From contig JAKLLA010000020.1 of the NCBI GenBank assembly GCA_023150375.1, positions 13,389 to 77,388 of the forward strand: a stretch of DNA of 64,000 nucleotides, written 5' to 3'. Shown one piece after another: positions 36,201 to 55,233 of this stretch. Under the pieces are notes generated by a model. That model saw nothing but the letters and a program-made list of their open reading frames with translations, did no database searches and was not told the origin of the DNA. Each line of letters opens with the position of its first letter. Within the stretch, counting starts at the first letter, position 1. The position numbers and the translations under genes are program-made. The DNA comes from Burkholderiaceae bacterium (GTDB lineage: Bacteria > Pseudomonadota > Gammaproteobacteria > Burkholderiales > Burkholderiaceae_C).

Positions 36201-37274
36201 ATGCCCTGTTTTCGAAGGGATTAAGACGCTTGGAGGGTCAGGATGACCCGTCCCTGCAGGGTCTGAACCGATGCCCTGTTTTCGAAGGGATTAAGACCGC
36301 TGGAATTTGTACGTGCAACGATCCTCGTCCAGTCTGAACCGATGCCCTGTTTTCGAAGGGATTAAGACAAGTGAAATTCCATGTCATATCCGCCAGCCCG
36401 GTCTGAACCGATGCCCTGTTTTCGAAGGGATTAAGACGTCCATGTAGCGGATGCAGTGAATGCTGCATCAAGGTCTGAACCGATGCCCTGTTTTCGAAGG
36501 GATTAAGACCCATCCCCTTCCATCCTAGCCGTAGGCTACATGTCTGAACCGATGCCCTGTTTTCGAAGGGATTAAGACCACTCGGGTTTATTTTCTTTTG
36601 TTCGTGAATCGGTCTGAACCGATGCCCTGTTTTCGAAGGGATTAAGACAGGTATCGAAGACCTCCCCGATGAAGTCGGTCGTCTGAACCGATGCCCTGTT
36701 TTCGAAGGGATTAAGACAGTCGTCAAAATCCCAGTCGTCGGGGTTATACCGTCTGAACCGATGCCCTGTTTTCGAAGGGATTAAGACAGCATCGGGCACC
36801 TCAGGTGCACTGAGGCACTCAGTCTGAACCGATGCCCTGTTTTCGAAGGGATTAAGACTGTTGCGACGAAGCGGGAATAATCGCGAACCTTAGTCTGAAC
36901 CGATGCCCTGTTTTCGAAGGGATTAAGACGACAACGCCGGCACCCTGGCCCCGCCCAGCAGTCTGAACCGATGCCCTGTTTTCGAAGGGATTAAGACTGA
37001 TGTGGACGACGAAATCACCTGCTGCGATGTCTGAACCGATGCCCTGTTTTCGAAGGGATTAAGACGGGCCGTCTGCGCCTTCGCAGGCCAGCCCTTCGTC
37101 TGAACCGATGCCCTGTTTTCGAAGGGATTAAGACATGCCGCTGCTGCTGATGCTGTCGGCCAGCTCGGTCTGAACCGATGCCCTGTTTTCGAAGGGATTA
37201 AGACGGAAGACGTTTCGGCCCTGCGGGCATCGGGAGCGTCTGAACCGATGCCCTGTTTTCGAAGGGATTCAGAC
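33234..37274 (+). CRISPR. CRISPR array 2: 58 repeats and 57 spacers (hand count)
   Basis: The repeat is GTCTGAACCGATGCCCTGTTTTCGAAGGGATTAAGAC, the same as array 1 except T to C at repeat position 8 in every unit. The mean period is about 70 nt. The terminal unit (37238-37274) is degenerate (...gggattCagac). Confidence 0.97.
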
Positions 37275-37371
37275 CCGACGAGGTGAGCCGTGCACCGCGG
37301 ATCGCAAGGGGGCGAGGAGCCGGCAGCGCCGGTCGGCGCCCGGATGTGACGGCCGGGTGGCCCGGCGTGGT

Positions 37372-37992
37372 TCAGCCGGCCGGTGTGGCCGCGGCGTCGT
37401 CAGGGCCGGTCGAGGCCTGACCGGCCGACGTGTCCTCGTAGATCGCTTCCATCGTCAGCGTCAGTCCCACGCTGTCGAGCCGCACCACGCCGCCCGGCCC
37501 GCTGGGGTGGAGCACCCACAGGCCTTCGGCGTTCTTGCGGAACAGGTCGGCATGCGCCCGCTGCGGTTCGATCAGCAGGTACTCCTGCAGGCTGGGCAGG
37601 CGCTGGTAGAGCTCGAACTTGAGGCCGCGGTCGTAGGCGGCGGTGGAGTCGGAGAGCACCTCCACCACCAACTTCGGGGCGGTCTTGGTCAGCTCGGCCT
37701 GCTCGCCCAGGTCCTGCGGGTCGCAGGTGACGAAGACGTCGGGGTAGAACACCGCATCGGCGGCCTGCACCTGCAGCTTCATGCCTTCGATGTGGGTGCG
37801 GCAGGGGCTGCCGCGCAGGTGCTGGCGCAGCGCCATGTAGACGTTGCCGGCGATCAGGTTGTGGGTGCCGCGCGCCCCGGTCATGGCGAACACTTCGCCA
37901 GCGATGTACTCGTGGCGTTCCGGCTGGGTGGCCTCCCAGTCCAGGTAGGCCTGGAGGTCGAAGTCGGCTCGGGGCTTCGGGACGGCGGACAT
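37372..37992 (-). CDS. Uma2-family (DUF820) endonuclease
   Basis: AYLDWEATQPERHEYIAGEVFAMTGARGTHNLIAGN...PDVFVTC...PKLVVEVLSDSTAAYDRGLKFELYQRLPSLQEYLLI is typical of the Uma2 PD-(D/E)xK family. Start from the internal ATG of track ORF 37372..38079. Confidence 0.85.
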   Translation of the reverse strand: MSAVPKPRADFDLQAYLDWEATQPERHEYIAGEVFAMTGARGTHNLIAGNVYMALRQHLRGSPCRTHIEGMKLQVQAADAVFYPDVFVTCDPQDLGEQAELTKTAPKLVVEVLSDSTAAYDRGLKFELYQRLPSLQEYLLIEPQRAHADLFRKNAEGLWVLHPSGPGGVVRLDSVGLTLTMEAIYEDTSAGQASTGPDDAAATPAG

Positions 37993-38101
37993 GGTGGGGG
38001 CGCTCCGGTGCGGCGAGGGCGGTGGCGTCATCGTAGCGCCAGAGTCGCCCTGTCCCCCTCTTCGCCCTGCGCCCCGCACCCGGCCGGGTGGCCGGCGACG
38101 C

Positions 38102-39118
38102 TTACTGCGGCTGGAAGCCGCTGGTCTTGATGATGTTCGCCCAGACCCGGGCGTAGGCGCGCTCGCGCTCGGCCAGCTGCTGCGAGGTCATCAGTCCGAC
38201 GCTGAGGCCCATGGTGGTGAGGCGGTCGTGCACTTCGCGCTGCGCCAGCACCTTGCCCAGGGCGGCGGTGAAGCCGTCGATGCTGGCCCGGGGCGTGCCG
38301 GCGGGGGCGAAGACGCCGTAGTAGGGCATGTCCTCGAGGCCGGCGAGGCCGAGTTCGCGGAAGGTGGGCACGTCGGGCAGGGCGGCCTGGCGGGCGCCGC
38401 CGAGCACGGCGACCACGCGGATCTTGCCGCTCCTGTGGTTCTCGATGAAGTCGGGGATGGAGCCCACGCCGGCGGCGATCTGGTTGCCCAGCATGTCGGC
38501 CATCATCGGTGCGCTGCCGCGGTAGGGCACGGGCACCAGGTCGAGCTTGTACTTCTCGCCGATCACCTTGACCAGGAACTCGGGCGTGGAGGCCGGGGCG
38601 GGAATGCCCACCGAACCCTTGCCGCCGCCCGCGCCGCGCAGCCAGCCGACGTAGTCGTCGAAGCCCTTGGCCGGGGTGCCGCCGGAGACGGCCAGCGCGT
38701 TGACGAAGCTGGCGAAGCCGGCCACCGGCACGAAGTCCTTCGTGGCGTCGTAGCCGGGGTTCTTCACCACCATCGGCAGGATGGTGATGGTGTGGTCGTG
38801 CGACAGGAAGAGGGTGTGGCCGTCGGCCGGCGCGGCCTTGAGGGCCTGGGCGGCGAGCTGGCCGCCGGCGCCGGGCTTGTTCTCGACGATCACCGGGGCG
38901 CCCAGCTCGTCCTTCAGGCGCTCGGCCAGCAGGCGGGCGATGGCGTCGGTGCCGCCGCCGGCGGGGAAGCCCACCAGCAGCTTGTAGGGCTTGGCGTCGG
39001 CCGCGAAGGCGCCGGAGAAGGGGGCGGCCAGGGCGGCGGCGGCGAGCACCGCGCCGGCGAGCAGGCGGCGGCGGGTGGCGGTGGCGCGCGGCAGGTGCCG
39101 CGGGGTGGTGCAGGTCAT
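38102..39118 (-). CDS. Bug-family (TctC-like) tripartite tricarboxylate transporter substrate-binding protein
   Basis: Tat-like signal (TATRRRLLAGAVLAAAALAAPFSGAFA), then KPYKLLVGFPAGGGTDAIARLLAERLKDELGAPVIVENKPGAGGQLAAQA. Confidence 0.85.
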   Translation of the reverse strand: MTCTTPRHLPRATATRRRLLAGAVLAAAALAAPFSGAFAADAKPYKLLVGFPAGGGTDAIARLLAERLKDELGAPVIVENKPGAGGQLAAQALKAAPADGHTLFLSHDHTITILPMVVKNPGYDATKDFVPVAGFASFVNALAVSGGTPAKGFDDYVGWLRGAGGGKGSVGIPAPASTPEFLVKVIGEKYKLDLVPVPYRGSAPMMADMLGNQIAAGVGSIPDFIENHRSGKIRVVAVLGGARQAALPDVPTFRELGLAGLEDMPYYGVFAPAGTPRASIDGFTAALGKVLAQREVHDRLTTMGLSVGLMTSQQLAERERAYARVWANIIKTSGFQPQ

Positions 39119-39215
39119 GGGGGCTCCGGAGCGGGAATGTCGAGGGGAAACGTCCGGAATGGTAACGGTCGGTGTGGGAGCTGACGCGGCAGCGCATGCC
39201 GCCGAGGAGCTGTCG

Positions 39216-39496
39216 ATGTACAGCGAGCGCTGGATCAGCCCGATCACCTGGATCGAGGCTCAGGTGAAGGCGCCCGCCGGGCTGGAGGCTGCCACGAGGG
39301 CAGCGGTCGATGCGATGTTCCGCCGGCTCGACCTGGATGCCGCCACGCTGGATCAGGCCCTGGTGCTGCGCCGCAGCCTGCGCATCAAGTGGCCGGACGC
39401 CCTGATCCTGGCCAGTGCCCGGGTGCGGGGCTGGCAGCTGGTGACGCGCAACACGAAGGACTTTCCGGCCGATATGCCGGGGGTGCGGGTGCCGTA

Positions 39497-39506
<10 letters not shown>
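39216..39506 (+). pseudogene. PIN-domain (VapC-like) C-terminal fragment
   Basis: ...ISPITWIEAQV...LRIKWPDALILASARVRGWQLVTRNTKDFPADMPGVRV matches the C-terminal two-thirds of VapC. The N-terminal (L)DT(N) segment and any antitoxin gene are missing, because the Bug gene start lies 98 nt upstream. Confidence 0.4.
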
Positions 39507-40804
<1,298 letters not shown>

Positions 40805-40810
40805 CGCGCC

Positions 40811-41770
40811 ATGGACATCCTGCTGACCGGCCGCTGGGCCGACGACGACGAGTGCGAGGTCTGGCGCGCCGCGCTGCAGGCGGCGCTGCCGGGGGCGCGC
40901 TGGACGGTGGACCGCGGCGAGGCGGTGCCGGCCTGGCCGCGGACGATCGAGGCCGCCGTGGTGGCCAACCCGCCGCCCGGGCGCCTGCAGGGGCTGCCGC
41001 GGCTGCGGCTGATCCAGTCGCTCTGGGCCGGGGTGGACCGGCTGCTGGCCGACCAGACGCTGCCGGTGGACGTGCCGATCGCCCGCATGGTCGACCCGGC
41101 GATGAACGCCGCGATGGCCGAGACCGCGCTGTGGGCGGTGCTGATGCTGCAGCGCGGCTTTCACCACTACGCGGCGCAGCAGCGCGCGGGCCTGTGGCGC
41201 CAGCGGCCGCAGCGGCGTGCCGACGAGGTGGCCGTCACCGTGCTGGGCTGCGGGCAGATGGGTGCGGCCGCCGCGCGCCGGCTGGCCGCGCAGGGCTTTC
41301 GGGTGCGGGGCTGGCGGGCCACGCCGGGCCGGCCCCCCGAGGGCTTCGAAGGCATCGAGGTCCACGCCGGTCCCGCGGCGCTGCCGGCGCTGCTGGCCGA
41401 CAGCGACATCGTCGTGAACCTGCTGCCGCTCACGCCGGCCACGCGCGGGCTGATCGACGCGCGCTTCCTGGCCGCGCTGCCGCCCGGCGCCGCGCTGGTG
41501 AACCTGGCGCGCGGGGCGCACGGGGTGGAGGCCGACCTGCTCGCCGCGCTGGACGCCGGCCGGCTCGACCATGCGGTGCTGGATGTCTTCACGCAGGAGC
41601 CGCTGCCGGCCGGCCACCCCTTCTGGCGCCATCCGCGCGTGACGCTGCTGCCGCATGTGGCGGCGCTCACCGATGCGCGCAGCGCCGCCGCGGTGGTGGC
41701 CGCCAACCTGCAGGCGCTGGCCGAGGGCCGGCCGATCGCCCACCGGGTCGACCGCGCGCGCGGCTACTGA
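40811..41770 (+). CDS. D-2-hydroxyacid dehydrogenase family (glyoxylate/hydroxypyruvate reductase A-like)
   Basis: [29 protein letters not shown] (NAD-binding fold), [70 protein letters not shown]. Confidence 0.8.
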   Translation: MDILLTGRWADDDECEVWRAALQAALPGARWTVDRGEAVPAWPRTIEAAVVANPPPGRLQGLPRLRLIQSLWAGVDRLLADQTLPVDVPIARMVDPAMNAAMAETALWAVLMLQRGFHHYAAQQRAGLWRQRPQRRADEVAVTVLGCGQMGAAAARRLAAQGFRVRGWRATPGRPPEGFEGIEVHAGPAALPALLADSDIVVNLLPLTPATRGLIDARFLAALPPGAALVNLARGAHGVEADLLAALDAGRLDHAVLDVFTQEPLPAGHPFWRHPRVTLLPHVAALTDARSAAAVVAANLQALAEGRPIAHRVDRARGY

Positions 41771-41834
41771 TCCAGCGCTCCCCTGCGGCGCGGCGGGCGT
41801 GTGCAAGTCACGCTTTCCGGCGCATCATGCGGGC

Positions 41835-43757
<1,923 letters not shown>

Positions 43758-43799
43758 GACCGCACGTCCTGACAGCGGCAGGCCGGCCCGACCGCCTGC

Positions 43800-44141
43800 T
43801 CAGGCGGAGCCCGGCGCCGGCGCCGGCGCCGACCCGCTGCCGGCCTGCCAGCCCAGCAGTTCGGCCAGGCGGCCGGTCAGCCAGGGCAGTTCGGCCTCGC
43901 GCAGGCCCGACTCGGGGTTCGCCAGGGTGGCCTCGATGCGGGCCAGCACTTCGTCCTCGACCACGCCCAGGTCGAAGTGCAGCTGCTGCGCCATGGGCTG
44001 GAGCTGCTGGGCCAGGTCTTCGCAGAGTTCGGCCCGTGCGGCCAGCTCCTCGCGCGAGACGGTCAGCCGGCCGCGCCGGTCGGTGTAGAGGGCGCGGAAG
44101 GCGTCGGGGATCAGGATCTGGGAGCTGCAGTCGTCGGCCAT
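43800..44141 (-). CDS. hypothetical protein
   Basis: 113 aa with GC3-rich, plausible amino-acid composition (MADDCSSQILIPDAFRALYTDRRGRLTVSREELAARAELCEDLAQQL...). It lies downstream of the MCP on the same strand. No family recognised. Confidence 0.45.
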   Translation of the reverse strand: MADDCSSQILIPDAFRALYTDRRGRLTVSREELAARAELCEDLAQQLQPMAQQLHFDLGVVEDEVLARIEATLANPESGLREAELPWLTGRLAELLGWQAGSGSAPAPAPGSA

Positions 44142-44183
44142 GGGTGAGAGTGTCGCTCAGGGCCGCGGCGCAGCACACTCCGG

Positions 44184-45944
44184 TCAGAAGGTTTCCCAGT
44201 CGTCGTTCGGCGCCGTCAGCGCCGCGGACGCCTTGGCCGGCGCTGCGGACGCCTCGGCCGCCGCCGCCGTGGCGACCTGGGGCGCCACCGGGGCCGGCGT
44301 GGGGGACGGCATGCGGGCGCTGGGCGCCTTCGGCAGCATGGCCGGACGGCTCGCTGACGCGGTGGCCAGCGGGGCAGCGGGCAGCGATGCCGTGGACGCC
44401 GGCAGCTCGCCTGAGCCGGTCTCGAAGCGCTGCACCAGCTGGTTCAGGCGCTGGGCCTGCTCGCGCATCGAGTCGGCCGCCGCGGCGCTCTGCTCGACCA
44501 GCGCGGCGTTCTGCTGGGTCATCTCGTCCAGCCGGGTGACGGCCTGGTTGACCTGGCGGATGCCGTCGTTCTGCTCGCGCGTGGAGGCACTGATCTCGCC
44601 GATGATGTCGGTGACGCGGCGCACCGAGGCGACCAGGTCGGTCATCGTGCTGCCCGCGTCCTGCACCAGCTTCGAGCCCTGTTCGACGGTGTCCATCGAG
44701 GCGCCGATGAGCGACTTGATCTCGCGTGCCGCGCCGGCCGAACGCTGCGCCAGCGCGCGTACCTCGCCGGCCACCACCGCGAAGCCGCGGCCCTGCTCGC
44801 CGGCGCGCGCGGCTTCCACCGCGGCGTTGAGCGCCAGGATGTTGGTCTGGAAGGCGATGCCGTCGATCACGCCGATGATGTCGCCGATCTTGCGGCTCGA
44901 GCCGGCGATCGCGTCCATGTTGCTCACCACCTGCGCCACCACCTCGCCGCCGCGCGCGGCGGTGTCGGCCGCCGAGGAGGCCAGCTGGTTGGCCTGCGCG
45001 GCCGCGTCGGCGCTCTGCTGCACGGTGCTGGTGAGCTGGGCCATCGCGCCGGCAGTCTCCTGCAGGCTGCTGGCGGTCTGCTCGGTGCGCACCGACAGGT
45101 CGTTGTTGCCGGTGGCGATCTCGGTGCTGGCGATCTGCATGCCCGAGGCGCCGGCGCGCACTTCGCCCACCAGCTGGCGCAGCGAGGTCGTCATGCGCTC
45201 CAGGCCGCGCATCAGGTCGCCGATCTCGTCGCGCCGGCTCGTGTCCACGCGCACGGTCAGGTCACCGGCGGCGATGCGGTCGGTGACTTCCTGCGCCCGC
45301 CGCAGCGGCTGCAGGATGGCGCGCACGCTCGACCAGGTCGTCCAGAGCAGCCCGCCGGCCACCAGCAGCATCAGGCCGATCACGCCGACGACGGTGCGGT
45401 GCCGCTCGGTCGCGGCCGCCTCGGCCTGGGCCTCGGCACGCCGGTGCTCGAGTTGCACGAAGGCCTGTTGGGCTTCCAGATAGCGCCCGAGCTGTTCGCG
45501 CACGGCCTGCACGCGATCGGTGGGCACTTCGGCGGCCTCGCCGCGTTCGGCCAGCACCTGGCGCCGCAGGTCGATGTAGGCCTTGCGGGTTTCGGCCACG
45601 CGGGCGAGGGCGCTGCGCTGCTCGGGGTCCCGGCTGCTCGCTTCGATGTCCTTCTGCAGCGCGCTGATGCGCGCCGAGGTGGCGCTCATCTCGGCCTCGA
45701 GGCGCGGGCCCAGCATGGTGTCGTGGCTCGCCAGGGCCGCCATCGTGCGTGCGGCGTTGGCCTCGGTCAGGCCGGCCCACTGGGCCACCTTCTCCAGGGT
45801 CGTCAGCTGGTCGAGCTGGGCCTGCCGGTTGGACTCGATCTGGTCCTGGGTGCGCAGCGAGATCACCGTGGCGGCGGCCACGATGGTGGCTACCACGGCC
45901 AGGTTCGGCAGCCACAGACGGCGGGAGAGGGTGAGGGACGACAT
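44184..45944 (-). CDS. methyl-accepting chemotaxis protein
   Basis: N-terminal TM and sensor region, a HAMP domain (DRIAAGDLTVRVD...RRDEIGDLMRGLERM), and the conserved MA signalling hairpin (IAFQTNILALNAAVEAARAGEQGRGFAVVAGEVRALAQRS). Confidence 0.9.
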   Translation of the reverse strand: MSSLTLSRRLWLPNLAVVATIVAAATVISLRTQDQIESNRQAQLDQLTTLEKVAQWAGLTEANAARTMAALASHDTMLGPRLEAEMSATSARISALQKDIEASSRDPEQRSALARVAETRKAYIDLRRQVLAERGEAAEVPTDRVQAVREQLGRYLEAQQAFVQLEHRRAEAQAEAAATERHRTVVGVIGLMLLVAGGLLWTTWSSVRAILQPLRRAQEVTDRIAAGDLTVRVDTSRRDEIGDLMRGLERMTTSLRQLVGEVRAGASGMQIASTEIATGNNDLSVRTEQTASSLQETAGAMAQLTSTVQQSADAAAQANQLASSAADTAARGGEVVAQVVSNMDAIAGSSRKIGDIIGVIDGIAFQTNILALNAAVEAARAGEQGRGFAVVAGEVRALAQRSAGAAREIKSLIGASMDTVEQGSKLVQDAGSTMTDLVASVRRVTDIIGEISASTREQNDGIRQVNQAVTRLDEMTQQNAALVEQSAAAADSMREQAQRLNQLVQRFETGSGELPASTASLPAAPLATASASRPAMLPKAPSARMPSPTPAPVAPQVATAAAAEASAAPAKASAALTAPNDDWETF

Positions 45945-46111
45945 CTAGTTGCGACTCCTGCCCCGTCGCGGGGCTGCATGCAGGGCGGACGCCCCCGGAG
46001 GATCGTCCGCGACCTGCCGATCTTCGGCGCCAGGCGCCGCGGGGTTCGCGTGGATATCGGCCGGAAAGGCCCGGTAATTCAGGGCGGAAGGCGCGGCCGG
46101 GGCGGGGGATG

Positions 46112-51670
<5,559 letters not shown>

Positions 51671-51690
51671 CTTAGGCCGACTCGGCCCGG

Positions 51691-52659
51691 CTAGAGCGTG
51701 ATCACGGCCTGCGCCAGGAAGCCCGCCTGCTCGCCCTTGTGCGCGTAGCCCAGCGGATTGGCCCGCACGCAGCAGCGGCCCACCCGGTAGTCCAGCGCGC
51801 AGTGCAGGTGGCCGTGCAGCCAGAGGTCGGCCTGCTCGAACAGATCGTCCAGCGCGTTGCAGAAGCCGGCCGTGCCGGGAGTCAGGCCGTAGCGGGGGTC
51901 GGCGCTGCGCAGGCTGGGGGCGAAGTGCGTCACCACCACGGTGGCGCCGTCGTGCGGCTCGGCCAGCGCAGCGCGCAGCCAGGCCTGGTCGGCCAGCGCC
52001 AGCTCGCGCAGCCGGGCGGCGAGCATCGGCGCGCCGTCGGCGTCGAGCGGGCTGTGGCGCTGCAGGTAGAAATCCGCGGCGCGAAAGGCCTTCTCACGCT
52101 CGCGCCGCTGGCGCTCCTGCGCGATCAGCGGGTCGAGCGCGGCGGCGGCCGCCTCGCGCAGCGCGCGCCGCAGCGTACGCCGGGTGGGCTGGCCGGGCGG
52201 CGGCCTGCCGCGGCCCGTCGTGTCTGAAGGGGCGGCCAGGCCCGCCTGGGCGGCCTGGGCCTTCAGGGCCAGCGCCTGCGGCGAGGCCAGGGCGTCGAAG
52301 TCGCTCCACAGCGTGCAGCCGAGGAAGCGCACGCCGTCGATCACCCGCACCTCGCGGTCCAGCCAGTCGATGCCCAGCTCGGCGCAGAGCTGGCGCAGCC
52401 GCTCGCGCGTGGCCGCATAGGGCAGCCGGTCGTACTCGTGGTTGCCCGGCACATAGAGCACCCGCGGCCAGGGCGCACCCGGCCGGCGCGGTGAAAAGCG
52501 GCGCAGGCCGAAGCTGTCGTCGCGCCCGGCCAGCCGTGAGCCGGCCTGGTAGGAGCCGACATCGCCGGCCAGCACCAGCAGCGAAGCCCCCGGCGCCGCC
52601 TCGAAGTGCCGGTCGGGGTCCTGTTCCAGGTGCAGGTCGGAGAGCAGTTGCAGGCGCAT
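51691..52659 (-). CDS. calcineurin-like metallophosphoesterase
   Basis: MRLQLLSDLHLE, LVLAGDVG, YVPGNHEYD, VVVTHFAP, LWLHGHLH are the ordered MPE metal-binding motifs. Start from the internal ATG of track ORF 51691..52929. Confidence 0.75.
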   Translation of the reverse strand: MRLQLLSDLHLEQDPDRHFEAAPGASLLVLAGDVGSYQAGSRLAGRDDSFGLRRFSPRRPGAPWPRVLYVPGNHEYDRLPYAATRERLRQLCAELGIDWLDREVRVIDGVRFLGCTLWSDFDALASPQALALKAQAAQAGLAAPSDTTGRGRPPPGQPTRRTLRRALREAAAAALDPLIAQERQRREREKAFRAADFYLQRHSPLDADGAPMLAARLRELALADQAWLRAALAEPHDGATVVVTHFAPSLRSADPRYGLTPGTAGFCNALDDLFEQADLWLHGHLHCALDYRVGRCCVRANPLGYAHKGEQAGFLAQAVITL

Positions 52660-52800
52660 CGGCCGAGTATGCGGTGCCATCCGCCCGCCCGCCCGTCTGC
52701 CTGCCGGCCTGGGCGCCGGCGTCGGCGGCGCTGGCATCATCGCGGCCATGCCGGCCGGGTCGATCCGATCGCCCGCGGCAAGACTCCGGAGCCTGCCGCC

Positions 52801-52977
52801 ATGGGACATGCCCTGATCCGCCCCCGCCCGAGCGTCGACGACTTCCTCGCCGGGGAGCCGGCACAGGCCGAGCGGCACGCGTTCGTCGGTGGCGAGGTCT
52901 TCGCGAGGGGCGAGGCGCGCCGCATCCACGGCCTCGTCGGCCTCGATCCGGCCGCGCCCGCGGCGCCTGGCGGCTGA
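52801..52977 (+). pseudogene. N-terminal fragment of a Uma2-family endonuclease
   Basis: SVDDFLAGEPAQAERHAFVGGEVFARGEARRIHGLVGL parallels AYLDWEATQPERHEYIAGEVFAMTGARGTHNLIAGN of the intact Uma2 gene at 37372..37992, but it ends after 58 aa. Confidence 0.35.
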
Positions 52978-53054
52978 GCCTGCGCTGCCGCGACCGCCGC
53001 TTCCGCGAGAATCGCGCCGCCCCGACCGGCTCCCGCCCTGCGATTGCCTTGCCC

Positions 53055-53810
53055 ATGTTCCGTTGCGGCGCCCTGTGGCGCAGACTTCGCCGCCGTGCGC
53101 ACGACCCGGCCTACGCCGACACCGCGATCATCCCGATCCTGCAGCCCGGGTCGCTGGACCGGCCGGCCCGGCTGCTGCATCCGCGCCAGGCCCGGCGCGC
53201 CACCGCCCGGGCCGCCGGGGTGCAGCGCCTGCGCCGCGGGGCGGCGCTGCTGGGCCTGCTGGGGCTGGCGGCGGCGGTGGGTGGCGCCTGGTGGAGCCGG
53301 GAGCCGGCCGGTGAGGTCGCCGTGGCAGGCGCGGCGCCCACGGCCTCGCGGGCAGGCGCGGCCGGCGTGCGGCCCGCGGTGTCGAATCCGACGCAGGCCG
53401 CCGCCTCACCCGCTTCGGTGGCCGCTCCCGTGGGGGCCCCGATCGGGGCGCCGGCTGCATCGGCCGTCGAAGGGGTGGCCGGAACAGCCGCCGAAGGGAC
53501 CGACCTCCCGACCGCCGCGAGCGCGGCCAGGGCGGCAGCCGGGGCGCTGCCGGCCTCCCGGCCGCCGGCCCGCGCGCCGCGGGACGCGGCCCAGCGCGCC
53601 CGGCTGGCCGCGCTGCAGCACGAATGGCAGGTGGCCGAGGCGATGCGGCTGCGCTACCGCGCGCTGTACGCCCAGGGCCTGGTCGACTGGGAGACCTGGC
53701 AGGCGCGCGAGAACGAGGCGCTGCGCCTGCGCCTGCAGTTGCAGGCGCTGGGCCATCCACCCGGACCGCCCCCGGCACCTCCAGGCCCCGGCCGGCGCCA
53801 CTCGGGCTAA
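53055..53810 (+). CDS. hypothetical single-pass membrane protein, Ala/Pro-rich
   Basis: Internal ATG of track ORF 52491..53810. TM segment [18 protein letters not shown] and a C-terminal helical segment [52 protein letters not shown]. Coding status is uncertain in this GC-rich context. Confidence 0.35.
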   Translation: MFRCGALWRRLRRRAHDPAYADTAIIPILQPGSLDRPARLLHPRQARRATARAAGVQRLRRGAALLGLLGLAAAVGGAWWSREPAGEVAVAGAAPTASRAGAAGVRPAVSNPTQAAASPASVAAPVGAPIGAPAASAVEGVAGTAAEGTDLPTAASAARAAAGALPASRPPARAPRDAAQRARLAALQHEWQVAEAMRLRYRALYAQGLVDWETWQARENEALRLRLQLQALGHPPGPPPAPPGPGRRHSG

Positions 53811-53881
53811 GATGCTCCCCGGCCGCGCCCTGCGGCCACGTCGCTCGGACGGTTCCGGGCGCCTACGTGAAAGTCAGCACC

Positions 53882-55090
53882 ATGTCGTCTGCCTCCCCAG
53901 GCAAGCGCCGCTTTGCGCGCATCGATCGCCTGCCTCCCTACGTCTTCAACATCACGGCCGAGCTCAAGATGGCCGCCCGCCGGCGTGGCGAGGACATCGT
54001 CGATTTCTCGATGGGCAACCCCGACGGGGCCACGCCGCCGCACATCGTCGCCAAGCTGCGCGAGGTGGCCCTGCGCCCGGACACGCACGGCTACTCGGCC
54101 AGCAAGGGCATCCCGCGGCTGCGCCGGGCGATCTCGCACTGGTACCGCGAGCGCTACGACGTCGAGATCCACCCCGACAGCGAGGCCATCGTCACCATCG
54201 GCTCCAAGGAAGGCCTGGCGCACCTGATGCTCGCCACGCTGGACCGCGGCGACACCGTGCTGGTGCCCGACCCGAGCTACCCGATCCACATCTACGGCGC
54301 GGTGATCGCCGGGGCGGACATCCGCTCGGTGCCGATCGCCGAGGGCATCGACTTCTTCGCCGAACTCGAGCGGGCGATCCGCGGCAGCTACCCCAAGCCC
54401 AAGATGATGATCCTGGGTTTTCCGAGCAACCCCACCGCGCAGTGCGTGGAGCTGGACTTCTTCGAGCGCGTGATCGCGCTGGCGAAGAAGCACGACATCC
54501 TGGTGGTGCACGACCTGGCGTATGCCGACATCGTCTTCGACGGCTGGAAGGCGCCGTCGATCATGCAGGTCAAGGGCGCCAAGGACGTGGCGGTGGAGTT
54601 CTTCACCCTGTCCAAGAGCTACAACATGGCCGGCTGGCGCATCGGCTTCATGGTCGGCAACCCCGACCTGGTGCACGCGCTGGCACGCATCAAGAGCTAC
54701 CACGACTACGGCACCTTCACCCCGCTGCAGGTGGCGGCGATCGCCGCGCTCGAGGGCGACCCGCAGTGCGTGAAGGACATCGCCGCGACCTACCAGAAGC
54801 GCCGCGACGTGCTCCACAAGGGCCTGACCGAGGCGGGCTGGCCGGTGGAGTGCCCCAAGGCGTCGATGTACCTCTGGGCGAAGATTCCCGAGAAGTACGC
54901 CCAGCTGGGCTCGCTGGAGTTCAGCCGCCTGCTGCTCGAGCGCGCCAAGGTCTGCGTCAGCCCGGGCATCGGCTTCGGTGACCACGGCGACGGCCATGTG
55001 CGCTTCGCGCTGATCGAGAACGAGAACCGCATCCGCCAGGCCGTGCGCGGCATCAAGGCGATGTTCAAGGCCGATGGTGTGAGCGGCTGA
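53882..55090 (+). CDS. alaC: glutamate-pyruvate (alanine) aminotransferase AlaC, class I PLP enzyme
   Basis: Near-collinear with my memory of E. coli AlaC: [47 protein letters not shown]..., PLP lysine context [17 protein letters not shown], and C-terminal [23 protein letters not shown]. Confidence 0.9.
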   Translation: MSSASPGKRRFARIDRLPPYVFNITAELKMAARRRGEDIVDFSMGNPDGATPPHIVAKLREVALRPDTHGYSASKGIPRLRRAISHWYRERYDVEIHPDSEAIVTIGSKEGLAHLMLATLDRGDTVLVPDPSYPIHIYGAVIAGADIRSVPIAEGIDFFAELERAIRGSYPKPKMMILGFPSNPTAQCVELDFFERVIALAKKHDILVVHDLAYADIVFDGWKAPSIMQVKGAKDVAVEFFTLSKSYNMAGWRIGFMVGNPDLVHALARIKSYHDYGTFTPLQVAAIAALEGDPQCVKDIAATYQKRRDVLHKGLTEAGWPVECPKASMYLWAKIPEKYAQLGSLEFSRLLLERAKVCVSPGIGFGDHGDGHVRFALIENENRIRQAVRGIKAMFKADGVSG

Positions 55091-55233
55091 CCCCGAAAGC
55101 GGCACGCTGTCACGAAGCGGGCCGGGCCCGTTGCTGCGGTGCGGCGCCGGGGCGCTTTCAGGTCGCTTTCAGGGGGATTTAGGGGCGCTTCTCGGCGCAT
55201 CGACCGCAGGGGGGCGGTGCGAACCTCCGGGGC

